Source: Macrostomum lignano
Lineage: Eukaryota
DNA length: 64,000 nt
Direction: 5' to 3'
Assembly: GCA_002269645.1 (NCBI GenBank)
Contig: NIVC01001975.1
Span: 62,001 to 126,000, forward strand
Part shown: piece after piece, positions 23,046 through 36,600 of the stretch
How positions within the stretch are numbered: the first letter of the stretch is position 1
How the letters are laid out: each line of letters begins with the position of its first letter
Program-made: the position numbers and the translations under genes
The notes under the pieces: generated by a model
The model's database searches: none
What the model saw: only the letters and a program-made list of their open reading frames with translations
Told to the model about the DNA's origin: nothing

Positions 23046-26000
23046 GTGATCGATTAGAGAAAAAATGGCTGGACCGATTTTGTTCAAACTTGCACTGTTC
23101 GATCAGAAATTTTCCCGTGACTGTACATGCATCGCGGCTAAGAAATTGATCGATGCTAAAGGCATTAAATATTCGAAAAACATGCTTTTTTGCAAAGGTC
23201 AAGCAAACTTTTCGACTTGAAATGCATTGTAAGAATGCTAGAGAAAAAACTGACTGGTTGAATTCTGGTTCTGAAATAGATTGCATCATCACTGAATTGT
23301 AACTCCGACTTGAATTGAAAATGCAGTGTGGAAGCGTAGCACCAGACTTGATTTAAATTGCGTAACCATATTGTTAACTGATACTGACTGACTGAGAAAC
23401 TGATTATGTCATAACTGCTTCGTGTGATTTACTCTATGCTTGGATTTTAAACTGTTGAATTATATATATATATAAGTGCAAAATTTGATGTTATCAAAAA
23501 GATGAGAACTAGCCTAGAGGTGAACAGACTGAACTGCTAAATGCAGCGACGATGGTTCGAATTTTCATAGAGTATAATTTTTTTAATTAAAGCTTTTCAA
23601 CGTCAGGAAAACTAAAAGACTTTTTAAAAAGAAGCGTCATGTAAAAATCATAGTAGCGTCATGTAAAAAATCGTAGAAGCGTCATATAAAAAATTATAGA
23701 AGCGTCATATAAAAATCATAGATGCGTCATTTAAAAAATCATAGAAGCATCATGTAAACAATCATAGAAGCGTCATTTAAAAAATCATAGAAGCATCATA
23801 TAAAAATCATAGATGCGTCATTTAAAAAATCATAGAAGCATCATGTAAACAATCATAGAAGCGTCATTTAAAAAAATCATAGAAGCGTCATATAAAAATC
23901 ATAGATGCGTCATTTAAAAAATCATGGAAGCGTCATGTAAACAATCATAGAAGCGTCATGTGAAAATCATAGAAGCGTCACGTAAAGAATCATAGAAGCG
24001 TCATGTAAACAATCATAGAAGCGTCATGTAAACAATCATAGAAGCGTCATGTAAAAAATCATAGAAGCGTCATGTAAACAATTATAGAAGCGTCATGTAA
24101 AAAAATCATAGAAGCGTCATGTAAACAATCATAGAAGCGTCATGTAAACAATCATAGAAGCGTCATGTAAACAATCATAGAAGCGTCATGTAAAAAATCG
24201 TAGAAGCGTCATTTAAAAAATCATAGAAGCGTCATGCAAAAATCATAGATGCGTCATTTAAAAAATCATGGAAGCGTCATGTAAACAATCATAGAAGCGT
24301 CATGTAAAAAATCATAGAAGCGTCATATAAAAATCATAGATGCATCATAGATGCCTAGAGGTGAACAGACTGAACTGCTAAATGCAGCGACGATGGTTCG
24401 AATTTTCATAGAGTATAATTTTTTTAATTAAAGCTTTTCAACGTCAGGAAAACTAAAAGACTTTTTAAAAAGAAGCGTCATGTAAAAATCATAGTAGCGT
24501 CATGTAAAAAATCGTAGAAGCGTCATATAAAAAATTATAGAAGCGTCATATAAAAATCATAGATGCGTCATTTAAAAAATCATAGAAGCATCATATAAAA
24601 ATCATAGATGCGTCATTTAAAAAACCATAGAAGCATCATGTAAACAATCATAGAAGCGTCATTTAAAAAATCATAGAAGCATCATATAAAAATCATAGAT
24701 GCGTCATTTAAAAAATCATAGAAGCATCATGTAAACAATCATAGAAGCGTCATTTAAAAAAATCATAGAAGCGTCATATAAAAATCATAGATGCGTCATT
24801 TAAAAAATCATGGAAGCGTCATGTAAACAATCATAGAAGCGTCATGTGAAAATCATAGAAGCGTCACGTAAAGAATCATAGAACCGTCATGTAAACAATC
24901 ATAGAAGCGTCATGTAAACAATCATAGAAGCGTCATGTAAAAAATCATAGAAGCGTCATGTAAACAATTATAGAAGCGTCATGTAAAAAAATCATAGAAG
25001 CGTCATGTAAACAATCATAGAAGCGTCATGTAAACAATCATAGAAGCGTCATGTAAACAATCATAGAAGCGTCATGTAAAAAATCGTAGAAGCGTCATTT
25101 AAAAAATCATAGAAGCGTCATGCAAAAATCATAGATGCGTCATTTAAAAAATCATGGAAGCGTCATGTAAACAATCATAGAAGCGTCATGTAAAAAATCA
25201 TAGAAGCGTCATATAAAAATCATAGATGCATCATTTAAAAAAATCATAGAAGCGTCATATAAAAAATCATAAAAGCGTCACGTAAAGAATCATAGAAGCG
25301 TCATGTAAACAATCATAGAAGCGTCATGTAAACAATCATAGAAGCGTCATGTAAACAATCATAGAAGCGTCATGTAAAAAATCATAGAAGCGTCATGTAA
25401 ACAATCATAGAAGCGTCATATAAAAAATCATAAAAGCGTCACGTAAAGAATCATAGAAGCGTCATGTAAACAATCATAGAAGCGTCATGTAAACAATCAT
25501 AGAAGCGTCATATAAAAATCATAGATGCATCATTCAAAAAAATCATAGAAGCGTCATATAAAAAATCATAAAAGCGTCACGTAAAGAATCATAGAAGCGT
25601 CATGTAAACAATCATAGAAGCGTCATGTAAACAATCATAGAAGCGTCATGTAAACAATCATAGAAGCGTCATGTAAAAAATCATAGAAGCGTCATGTAAA
25701 CAATCATAGAAGCGTCATGTAAACAATCATAGAAGCGTCATTTAAAAAATCATAGAAGCGTCATGTAAACAATCATAGAAGCGTCATTTAAAAAATCATA
25801 GAAGCGTCATGTAAAAAATCATAGAAGCGTCATGTAAAAATCGTAGAAGCGTCATTTAAAAATCATAGAAAATCATAAAAATCAAAAATTAAATGCAGCT
25901 ATAATGCTGTGCTGGGGAGAAAAACTGAGACGTAAAGGCTCTCAGAGAATAACTGCTGAGATTACGGGGGGGGTTTCTGAGATGTCAAAGCAAAAGTCAG

Positions 26001-27002
26001 AAGCTACTTCAAAGTTCATGTACTTTACTCAATTTTTTTATTGCATTCTTTGTTGGCTCGCCACGGGAGGCGCTTATAGAAGAAGAGTCATGTAAAAAAT
26101 AAAAGTAGCACTACGAGCGTATGTACGAGCTATACATAAAAGAAAAGTCATGTTCAAGTTAAAAGATTCATTTGGGAATTGCTACGATGTCAAAGCTTGG
26201 TGGAAATCGTTATAGTGCTGTGATTCTTAAAGAAGGAATCACTAAAATGTCAAGGCTTAGGGGAGAAGAATTGCTGAGATTTCAAGGCTTTAGGTTGGGT
26301 TAAAGTTAGGTTTAGGTCAGGTGTGGGTTGAGGGTTATATTTTATCGGGTTTCAAGGTTAACAGAATAACAGGGGATTTTTTAGATTTCAAGGTTTATGG
26401 AGGCCATCGCTGACATGTTAAGGCTTACGGGGGGAATAGCTGAGATGTCAAGGCTCACGGGGTATAAATGAGATTTCAAGGCTAAAGTCAGAAGCTACAT
26501 GTAGTTTATTGAAAACTTTTTATTACATTATTTGATGCCTCCTCAGGGGAGGGATCGCTGATAAAAAAAGCGTAATGTAAAAAATAAAAGAAGCTTCATG
26601 TCGAAGTTAAGAGATTCATTTGGGAATCCCTACGATGTCGAGGCTTGCAGGAAATCGCTATAATGCTGTAGTAGTGCTATAGTGACTCTTAGAGAGAATT
26701 ACTGAAATTTCAATGTTAGGTTAGGGTTAGGGTTAGGGTTAGGGCTAGGGTTAGGGTTAGGGTTAGGCTGGGGTTAGAAGGTTGACAGATATTTTTAGAT
26801 TTCCAAGGCTTATTGGGGGCATTGCTGAGATGTCAAGGGGGGAAGTTGATATGTCAAAGCTTGTGGGGGGGGGAATTACTGACATGTCAAGGCTTACAAG
26901 GTTTGACAGGAGATTTTTTAAGATTTCAAGGATACATGTAGCTTATTAAAAAAACGTGTATTGCATTTATTTGGCTCCCCAACGGGGGGCGTAGATTGCT
27001 AG
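22980..27002 (+). mobile_element. Helitron-type element, copy 6 (4023 bp; internal module x2)
   Basis: CTAG|TC junction at 22979/22980; ends CTAG followed by T (27003). Confidence 0.8.
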
Positions 27003-27694
27003 TGTCGATCTATATATGGTAAAGTAATGACAACTAAGTCGCAACTAAAAAGTACAACAGAATATCCACTAATTTTCATGTAAGTTATGTTACGAAAATT
27101 ATTAGAATCTTCTCTATGCGTACTACAGAACATATATGCATGAGTTATTACTAAAAAATAAAAAGGTCGATGGTTTTTCAGTTGTCAGGATTAGCAGTTA
27201 GAAAGCTTCAATCGCCAAGTTAATGCTTATGTATACCTCTCTAGTTTCTCTGTAGTAAAACTGTATCTCAATACCTTGGCTAACTGCTTTTGAATTCCAT
27301 GTACACTCTAGCTACTGCATATTGCATCGCAAACAAAGGCCTGAGCTACCGAGGATTTTATAAACTATTGAATATAATCAATTATGCTAACGACAAAGAG
27401 CTATTCATCCTCAGCTAAATAAAAATGGTCTATGAAGAAAGCTGATCAACAGTATTTTAGTAGTGCATATAATTTCTCTACGTCTGCTTTAGACTTTTGT
27501 CCGTATTTTTTTGTTTATTTACTTCTAAAGTTGTTTAAAATTTTTAAGGCGGAAATTTTTTGCCATTTTTACAAACGTTCATTTGTGTTATCGCGGCCCC
27601 GCGATAATTGCATTGTTTGTTGCATTTTTATTGTTCTTAAATCCACTGCCTAGCCTTTTCTGGTCTAAAACCTTTTCATAAACATATAGTTTCA

Positions 27695-30600
27695 ATGTCT
27701 CTCGCCGGATTTAAGAAGCAGCTAAATAAAGCGAATCAGGTATGCTCTTTCACTCTGTTGGTTGTTGAATATTTGCTATTTTTTACATTTTACCTGTGCC
27801 AGCAAATGTACATTCTAATCATTACTTGTTCCGTGTGTGTTAGGTTCTAGATGAAAAAATTTTTTTTTAAGTAGTAGTCTTTATGACAACCTTCATTTCT
27901 TTAAAAAACACACTTTATGTTTTAAAGGCATAAAAATAATAAAGTTGCTAATAACAGTCCTGAATTTTAATGACATCTGGATTTCAAGGTAGTTTTTTAA
28001 TAATATTCAATATTCAATATTCAATATTTATTATTCAATAAAAATAATATTCAAGCAATTTTATTTCTTTGTGTGTAAATGCAAAATAAAAAGTTAAAAG
28101 ATATTAAAAAATTCAGGAGTTTATTTTTCATAACTATACTAATAAATAGTATTAATATGTTAGATTCTATTGAAAATGATTTAAGAATTGTTGGTATTAA
28201 TAGATTTTGTGTTTTGATGACATGGAATGAAATTTTGCTTAATTGATATCTAAAACTATTAAAACTATTACTATTTTGACTTTAATTCATCTTGTCTTGA
28301 CTTACTTTGCTTTGACTCAATTAATCAAGGGTATATCCAAAAGGTGCTAGGGGTCTAGGTCACCTCTAGTCAGGCTGTAGGTCCCTTGGCCATCTATCCT
28401 AACTTTCTAATTTTCATTTTAAATCTCTAAATAAGAAAATATAATTTTTTATTTTATATCATATTTACCCTAGCTATGGGATTTATTAGTTTTTAACTAT
28501 GTTTAATTTAGAAATATTGCATTTAATTGCATTCAACAAAAATGTCCTTTTAGTATCTTCTGTGTCCTAACTGGTCCCTATCCTAAAACCTCTGACTGTA
28601 CCTTAAAATAAATGTTCTTTTTAGGTCTTTTGAAGGTTTTAAGATAACTGTAATCTATATGTGCCTACAATTAATTGACACTGCAGAGACCTATCTAAAA
28701 ATAATCGTTTTTTTATTACATTTCAACATTAGGTTTATCAGCTTGAATTAATTTTATTTCTAGCATACCTGTCTTATAATAGTAGTTCCTTTTCTAAATA
28801 TTCCTTACTCAACTATAATTTATAGCTTTTCAATGAGAAAATTGCTGGAGCCCGTGGAACAGAGTTGGACCCAGATTTCATGGAAATGGAGCGGGTATGT
28901 CTCTGTTCTCATGTTGCTTATGTTATGCTATTTAACCTAAACATTAGTGATAGCAATATTTATAATTATTACAGAAAATTGATGTAGCCGGAAGGATGGT
29001 TGAAGATCTGATTGCCAGGACTCAGGAGTATCTGCAGCCGAACCCAAGTAAGCTTTATGCTTTAATCTATAGCTCAGGCAACTTTGCCAGTTGCTAGCTC
29101 TGTGCTGTAATATATTCGTTATATTTATAAAACAATTTTAGTGGCTCGCGCTCGAATGACGGCCGTGAAAGGATTTAACAATCTGCAGAATAAGAACAAG
29201 AGCATGGTGTACCCGCAGCCCGAGGGCATTCTCGGCGAGTCTATGGTCAAGCATGGCAAAGATCTCGGCTCCGACTCTGTGCTTGGTGAGATTCCAGAGT
29301 GGCGCTTCAGTTCCGAACCCATGGCCTGGTCTTTAGTTCGTGTGCTGTCCTCCCCAGTGTTTGTTTCTCAGCGCGTGTGCTGCCCTCCCCATTGTTTCTC
29401 AGTTGGGTGTGCTGCCCTCCCCATTTTTTCTCAGTTGGGTGAGCTGCCCTCCCCATTGTTTCTCAGTTGGGTGTGCTGCCCTCCCCATTTTTTCTCAGTT
29501 GGGTGAGCTGCCCTCCCCTTTGTTTCTCAGTGGGTGTGCTGCCCTCCCCTTTGTTTCTCAGCGCGTGTGCTGCCCTTCCCTTTGTTTCTCAGCGCGTGTG
29601 CTGCCCTCCCCTTTGTTTCTCAGCGCGTGTGCTGCCCTCCTCTTTGTTTCTCAGCGCGTGTGCTGCCCTTCCCTTTGTTTCTCAGTTGGGTGTTCTGCCC
29701 TCCCCATTGTTTCTCAGTTGGGTGTTCTGCTCTCCCCATTGTTTCTCAGCGCGTGTGCTGCCCTCCCCATTGTTTCTCAGCGCGTGTGCTGCCCTCCTCT
29801 TTGTTTCTCAGTTGGGTGTGCTGCCCTCCCCATTGTTTCTCAGTTGGGTGTGCTGCCCTCCTCATTGTTTCTCAGTTGGGTGTGCTGCCCTCCCCATTGT
29901 TTCTCAGCGCGTGTGCTGCCCTCCCCATTGTTTCTCAGCGCGTGTGCTGCCCTCCCCATTGTTTCTCAGTTGGGTGTTCTGCCCTTCCCTTTGTTTCTCA
30001 GTTGGGTGTGCTGCCCTCCCCATTGTTTCTCAGTTGGGTGTTCTGCCCTCCCCATTGTTTCTCAGTTGGGTGTGCTGCCCTCCCCATTGTTTCTCAGTTG
30101 GGTGTGCTGCCCTCCCCATTGTTTCTCAGTTGGGTGTGCTGCCCTCCCCTTTGTTTCTCAGTTGGGTGTTCTGCCCTCCCCATTGTTTCTCAGTTGGGTG
30201 TGCTGCCCTCCCCATTGTTTCTCAGTTGGGTGTGCTGCCCTCCCCTTTGTTTCTCAGCGCGTGTGCTGCCCTCCCCATTGTTTCTCAGCGCGTGTGCTGC
30301 CCTCCCCATTGTTTCTCAGTTGGGTGTGCTGCCCTCCCCATTGTTTCTCAGTTGGGTGTGCTGCCCTCCCCATTGTTTCTCAGTTGGGTGTGCTGCCCTC
30401 CCCTTTGTTTCTCAGCGCGTGTGCTGCCCTCCCCTTTGTTTCTCAGCGCGTGTGCTGCCCTCCCCATTGTTTCTCAGCGCGTGTGCTGCCCTCCCCATTG
30501 TTTCTCAGTTGGGTGTTCTGCCCTCCCCATTGTTTCTCAGTTGGGTGTTCTGCCCTCCCCATTGTTTCTCAGCGCGTGTGCTGCCCTCCCCATTGTTTCT

Positions 30601-33600
30601 CAGCGCGTGTGCTGCCCTTCCCTTTGTTTCTCAGTTGGGTGTTCTGCCCTCCCCATTGTTTCTCAGTTGGGTGTGCTGCCCTCCCCATTGTTTCTCAGTT
30701 GGGTGTTCTGCCCTCCCCTTTGTTTCTCAGCGCGTGTGCTGCCCTTCCCATTGTTTCTCAGCGCGTGTGCTGCCCTCCTCTTTGTTTCTCAGCGCGTGTG
30801 CTGCCCTTCCCTTTGTTTCTCAGTTGGGTGTGCTGCCCTCCCCATTGTTTCTCAGTTGGGTGTGCTGCCCTCCCCATTGTTTCTCAGTTGGGTGTTCTGC
30901 CCTCCCCATTGTTTCTCAGTTGGGTGTGCTGCCCTCCCCATTGTTTCTCAGTTGGGTGTTCTGCCCTCCCCATTGTTTCTCAGTTGGGTGTTCTGCCCTC
31001 CCCATTGTTTCTCAGTTGGGTGTGCTGCCCTCCCCTTTGTTTCTCAGCGCGTGTGCTGCCCTCCCCTTTGTTTCTCAGCGCGTGTGCTGCCCTCCCCATT
31101 GTTTCTCAGCGCGTGTGCTGCCCTCCCCATTGTTTCTCAGTTGGGTGTTCTGCCCTCCCCATTGTTTCTCAGTTGGGTGTTCTGCCCTCCCCATTGTTTC
31201 TCAGCGCGTGTGCTGCCCTCCCCATTGTTTCTCAGCGCGTGTGCTGCCCTTCCCTTTGTTTCTCAGTTGGGTGTTCTGCCCTCCCCATTGTTTCTCAGTT
31301 GGGTGTGCTGCCCTCCCCATTGTTTCTCAGTTGGGTGTTCTGCCCTCCCCTTTGTTTCTCAGCGCGTGTGCTGCCCTTCCCATTGTTTCTCAGCGCGTGT
31401 GCTGCCCTCCTCTTTGTTTCTCAGCGCGTGTGCTGCCCTTCCCTTTGTTTCTCAGTTGGGTGTGCTGCCCTCCCCATTGTTTCTCAGTTGGGTGTGCTGC
31501 CCTCCCCATTGTTTCTCAGTTGGGTGTTCTGCCCTCCCCATTGTTTCTCAGTTGGGTGTGCTGCCCTCCCCATTGTTTCTCAGTTGGGTGTTCTGCCCTC
31601 CCCATTGTTTCTCAGTTGGGTGTTCTGCCCTCCCCATTGTTTCTCAGTTGGGTGTGCTGCCCTCCCCTTTGTTTCTCAGCGCGTGTGCTGCCCTCCCCTT
31701 TGTTTCTCAGCGCGTGTGCTGCCCTTCCCTTTGTTTCTCAGTTGGGTGTGCCGCCCTCCCCATTGTTTCTCAGTTGGGTGTGCTGCCCTCCCCATAGTTT
31801 CTCAGTTGGGTGTGCTGCCCTCCCCATTGTTTCTCAGTTGGGTGTGCTGCCCTCCCCATTGTTTCTCAGTTGGGTGTGCTGCCCTCCCCATTGTTTCTCA
31901 GTTGTGTGTGCTGCCCTCCCCATTGTTTCTCAGTTGGGTGTGCTGCCCTCCCCATTGTTTCTCAGTTGGGTGTGCTGCCCTCCCCATTGTTTCTCAGTTG
32001 TGTGTGCTGCCCTCCCCATTGTTTCTCAGTTGTGTGTGCTGCCCTCCCCATTGTTTCTCAGGGCGTGTGCCGCCCTCCCCATTGTTTCTCAGCGCGTGTG
32101 CTGCCCTCCTCTTTGTTTCTCAGTTGGGTGTGCTGCCCTCCCCTTTGTTTCTCAGTGCGTGTGCTGCCCTCCCCATTGTTTCTCAGTTGGGTGTGCTGCC
32201 CTCCCCATTGTTTCTCAGTTGGGTGTGCTGCCCTCCCCATTGTTTCTCAGTTGGGTGTGCTGCCCTCCCCATCGTTCCTTAGTGAGTGTGCCGCCCTCCC
32301 CATCGTTCCTCAGTGAGTGTGCTGCCCTCCCCATCGTTCCTCAGTGGGTGTGCTACCCTCCCCATCGTTCCTTAGTGAGTGTGCCGCCCTCCCCATCGTT
32401 CCTCAGTGAGTGTGCTGCCCTCCCCATCGTTCCTCAGTGAGTGTGCTGCCCTCCCCATCGTTCCTCAGTGGGTGTGCTACCCTCCCCATCGTTCCTCAGT
32501 GAGTGTACTACCTTCGCCTCAGTACTTCAGTGGGCGTACTGCGCTCGTACACTTTCATGTTATTGTTTAGTATTACATTAAATCTGCAGTCGAACTTTTT
32601 CAACCGTGCTTACGGTAGAAGCACTTTATTAGAAATATTTAAAGTCTTCAAATAGCATTATCAATGAGTTTATGACTTTCACTGCTTTCAACCTGCCCCT
32701 TCTGCTTTTTTAGGCAACGCTTTAGTAGACGGAGGCGAGGCGTACAAGCAGATGGCGGAGATCAAGTACAGTCTTGAGGACAATGTTAAGCAGAACTTTC
32801 TAGACCCGTTCACCAGCTTGCAGCACCGAGAAATCAAGGAGATCAATGTAAGGAGAAACTATCTTGTTGCTTTTGCATTTGCTATTGACATTTATGAATT
32901 AGACAGTTGCAACGTAACAATTTCCTTTTGGATCATAAAACTTGATTCAGCATCATCGCAAGAAGCTGGAAGGCCGCCGGCTTGACTTTGACTGCAAGAA
33001 GCGCAAAGGTAAGAAGCGCAATAATGAGGTTAGGGGGGTCGAGGGCAGGGCAGCTCAGTGCTAAACGCATCTGACTCTCCAGCCAAGGCCCCTGGTTCGA
33101 ATCCTTGCGCGGCCCACATTCATTTGGGGCTGGTGTGCACCAAAATTGGCCCAGGGGGTTCTGGGGCGATTCACACACAGGAGGGCCAGCCTAGAGTCCT
33201 AGACTAGGCCTAGACTAGGCTAGACTAGACATAAACTAGACTAGACATAAACTAGACTAGATTAAAAACTAGACTAGACATAAACTAGACTAGATTAAAA
33301 ACTAGACTAGATTAGAACTGGCCTAGGCTAGGCTAGACTAGACATAAACTAGACTAGATTAAAAACTAGACTAGATTAGAACTAAATTAGATTAAAAACT
33401 AGACTAGATTAGAACTAGACTAGATTAAAAACTAGACTAGATTGGAACTAGACTAGATTAAAAACTAGACTAGATTAGAACAGGCCTAGACTAGGCTAGA
33501 CTAGACATAAACTAGACTAGATTAAAAACTAGACTAGACATAAACTAGACTAGATTAAAAACTAGACTAGATTAGAACTAGACTAGATTTCAAATCTGAT

Positions 33601-36600
33601 TGGATTTGACTTGAAATTCCGACTGTAAAAAGCCCTGCGGGAAAACCTCCTGCGGGAAAACCTCCTGCGGGAAAACCTCCTGCGGGAAAACCTCCTGCGG
33701 GAAAACCTCTTGCGGGAAAACCTCCTGCGGGAAAACTTCCTGCGGGAAAACCTCCTGCGGGAAAACCTCCTGCGGGAAAACCTCCTGCGGGAAAACCTCT
33801 TGCGGGAAAACCTCCTGCGGGAAAACTTCCTGCGGGAAAACCTCCTGCGGGAAAACCTCCTGCGGGAAAACCTCCTGCGGGAAAACCTCCTGCGGGAAAA
33901 CCTCCTGCGGGAAAACCTCCTGCGGGAAAACCTCTTGCGGGAAAACCTCCTGCGGGAAAGCCTCATTTACAGCCTTTTGAAACCTCTTAAGGACAATAAT
34001 TAGTGCTCAGTATGTATATTTGGTTTAATAAAAATGTGTCTCAACCGGCAACCCCGCATCATCAAATTCAGGCGGCGGTAAGTGGTCGCTGCAGTGCCAT
34101 AGCACAGCGCACGCATTCCGCGCCTATACTCTCTAGTTCATTTTTTTATGTTTCAATGTGGTATTCCTTAGTCTTTAATTGTTTGTTTTTCTCTTATTTC
34201 CGTAATCTTTGCTTTTTGATTTTTCTGTTATTTCTAGTTGCCCTGTTTAAACTGCGGCCAGAAGTTTTACCTGGCTGTATTATGGATCAGCCTCACTTTC
34301 AGTTGAGGCCGGATTTCGATGCAAGATGCATTATCTGAATAGGGAGTTTGCTAGTTTTGTTTCAAATTAAATCGATAATGGACAACATTTCACATGGGTC
34401 TGAGGTGTGGGTTTATTCGCCTTGACGAATAATTTACCAAATTCGAAATATCGGCAATATTAAATAATTGACTTATCAGCTCTTTTTTCACCGTATCAGC
34501 GACTGAGATTGGAGGTGCCCTCCTCTCTCCCCCACTCTCCCCCTCTCTCTCCCCCTCTCCCTCCCCCTCTCTCCCCCTCTCCCTCCCCTCTCTCCCCTCT
34601 CTCCCTCCCCCCTCTCTCCCTCTCTCCCTCTCTCCCCTCTCCCTCTCTCTCGCTCTCTCTCTCTCCCTCTATATCTGCCTCTCTATCTTATTCTATCTCA
34701 CTCTCCATCTCCTTCTCTATTTCCGTCTCTATGCCTAGAGAACGCAACTCCAATTCTCGTGTTTCGTTTTTATCTAGCGCCAAGTTTGAATCACTTGCAG
34801 AGGAGATATTGTCAATTTTATGATTGAAAATTTCATAGTTCGCGTAGTCTATTGGATTAATATTGAGTAGTGGGTAAGCAGGGCTGCAGTAAACAGCCTA
34901 GTTTTCTAATATCCCTTGCTGTCAGGGCCCTCATCTCTCCATCTCTCTCTTCTCTCGTAATCTAATTGAGCATTAATATGGTAGCACTATATAATCAATG
35001 TGCGCTGTACTGTTGAAATTCCAGCAGCGCCATACTGAGACCAGGCTACTAAGACTAGCCTTTCTCTTTAGTCTGGGCTCCAGACTCACTCCTGAAATCT
35101 CCCAGCCTGTCCGTATCCGTCTGTGCTCTGCATCTTTCTCTCGGCCGCCTTCGCCCTCACCCCCTCCAACCCCCCCCCCCCCCAGTCACCTCAGTCACCG
35201 CCTCTTGGCTTGTACAGTCGGAATAGCAGCCTAGCGGGAGACTCCGGCTCTGCCTACCCCTTTAGCCTTCCCAAATCAATACCACTGGCGATGGAGCTCA
35301 GAGAGGCTGACAGAGCTAATGCGCTCCTCCCTCATCCCCTTTCCCGTGCTCAAACTCCTCTACTGCCTGCCCGGACACCCTGCGCCTGCTCTTCTCTCTC
35401 GTCCCGTCTCTCGTCTTTTCCCTATTCATCCTTAATCGCCGCCGTACTTTGCCTCTTCTGCCTCACTCCCCCCTCTCTCCTTTCTCGTTGAAGTCTCTCA
35501 CCCGGTGCTAGCACAGTAGTGTTCTCTCACTCTCGCTGTCTCGCAGCTTTTTCTCCTCCATCAAATCCCGCTTGTCTATCCCTTTTTTCATCTCTTAATT
35601 CTTCATTCCGGACGCTTGAGTCCCGATGCCTACTAGGCAACATCAGTTGGGGCGACTTGCCTTGCTTGTAGGCGAGGTCTGTGTACCTACAGTGTACTAA
35701 CTGCAGATGTAGGCAGCTGTAGATGAGGGAGGCAGCTGAGGTTGCGCTAAGACCTCGTCAGGGTCACGGGGAGACGAGTGAGGGATTTACGCCCCCTCTC
35801 TCTCGCTCCCCGCTTCGCCCAGTTTGCTCAGGCATTTTCCCCCAATCTTTTCTGGCCCGTTTGACCCGTCCCGTTGCTTGATTTTTACACAACAACTGGC
35901 TGCCCTCTCGGCCCATTGTTTGCTTTTGCTTCGAGCAGGCATATTGTGCAGCAATTCAGGGATTGGAGGGGTTACCCGAGTCCTAACCCTCTCTGTCTCT
36001 CCTATTTTCCCCATCTAATTTCCTTTCTTTACATTTTTCTCTCGTTTGAAGTCAATTTTTTAACGCATAAGAGCGCACTGGGTTGTCATCGTGTATAGAG
36101 TACGCCGTGTACTAATTAAAATTTTGTACTATACTTTGTACTAAATTCAACCATTAAAGTGTCGTAATAGTTTAATAGACAAAGACTTTACAAAGACTGC
36201 ATGCGATCCCAGTTAGTTTTACTGTGCTGCAATACAAATATAAAAACAATATGCTCTGGCGCGCCTAATGATACTGCGCGCTTAATGATACTGCGCGCTT
36301 AATGATACTGCGCGCTTAATGATACTGCGCGCTTATTGATACTGTGCGCCTAATGATACTGCGCGCTTAATGATACTGCGCGCCTAATGATACTGCGCGC
36401 TTAATAATACTGCGCGCCTAATAATACTGCGCGCTGATATACAGCGTAGTGAATGTGAAAATCGGTACTAATTAGCGTTAATAAATCACATTTTAAGAAA
36501 ATTATTAGATGCTTCAATTTCTCGGAAAGATATTTGAGGAAGTGGCATCGTATTGCTGTGATATGAATTAACACAACTAATCCTCATCAATTTCCTGCTG

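Noticed and set aside
5458-25880. CRISPR-like appearance of regularly spaced repeats
   Set aside because: No unique spacers, no cas genes and a eukaryotic context; these are plain minisatellites.
7061-26777. True chromosome end or telomere-fusion site
   Set aside because: The tracts are only about 60 bp, all in the same orientation, embedded in a repeat unit and flanked by genes.
4624-27653. Recurrent 64-167 aa ORFs (MMMQSISEPEF..., MVCLCLSIY..., MLCWGEKL..., MKKADQQ...)
   Set aside because: They recur only because the Helitron and its flank are repeated; no Rep (HUH), helicase or other recognisable motifs.
29340-32570. ORFs of 980, 968 and 776 aa (Cys/Pro/Leu-rich)
   Set aside because: They are translations of the stop-free 31/32-bp minisatellite in all three frames, inside endophilin intron 4.
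33043-33115. Functional tRNA gene
   Set aside because: A/B boxes are present, but I could not fold a full cloverleaf with an acceptor stem; treated as a SINE head.
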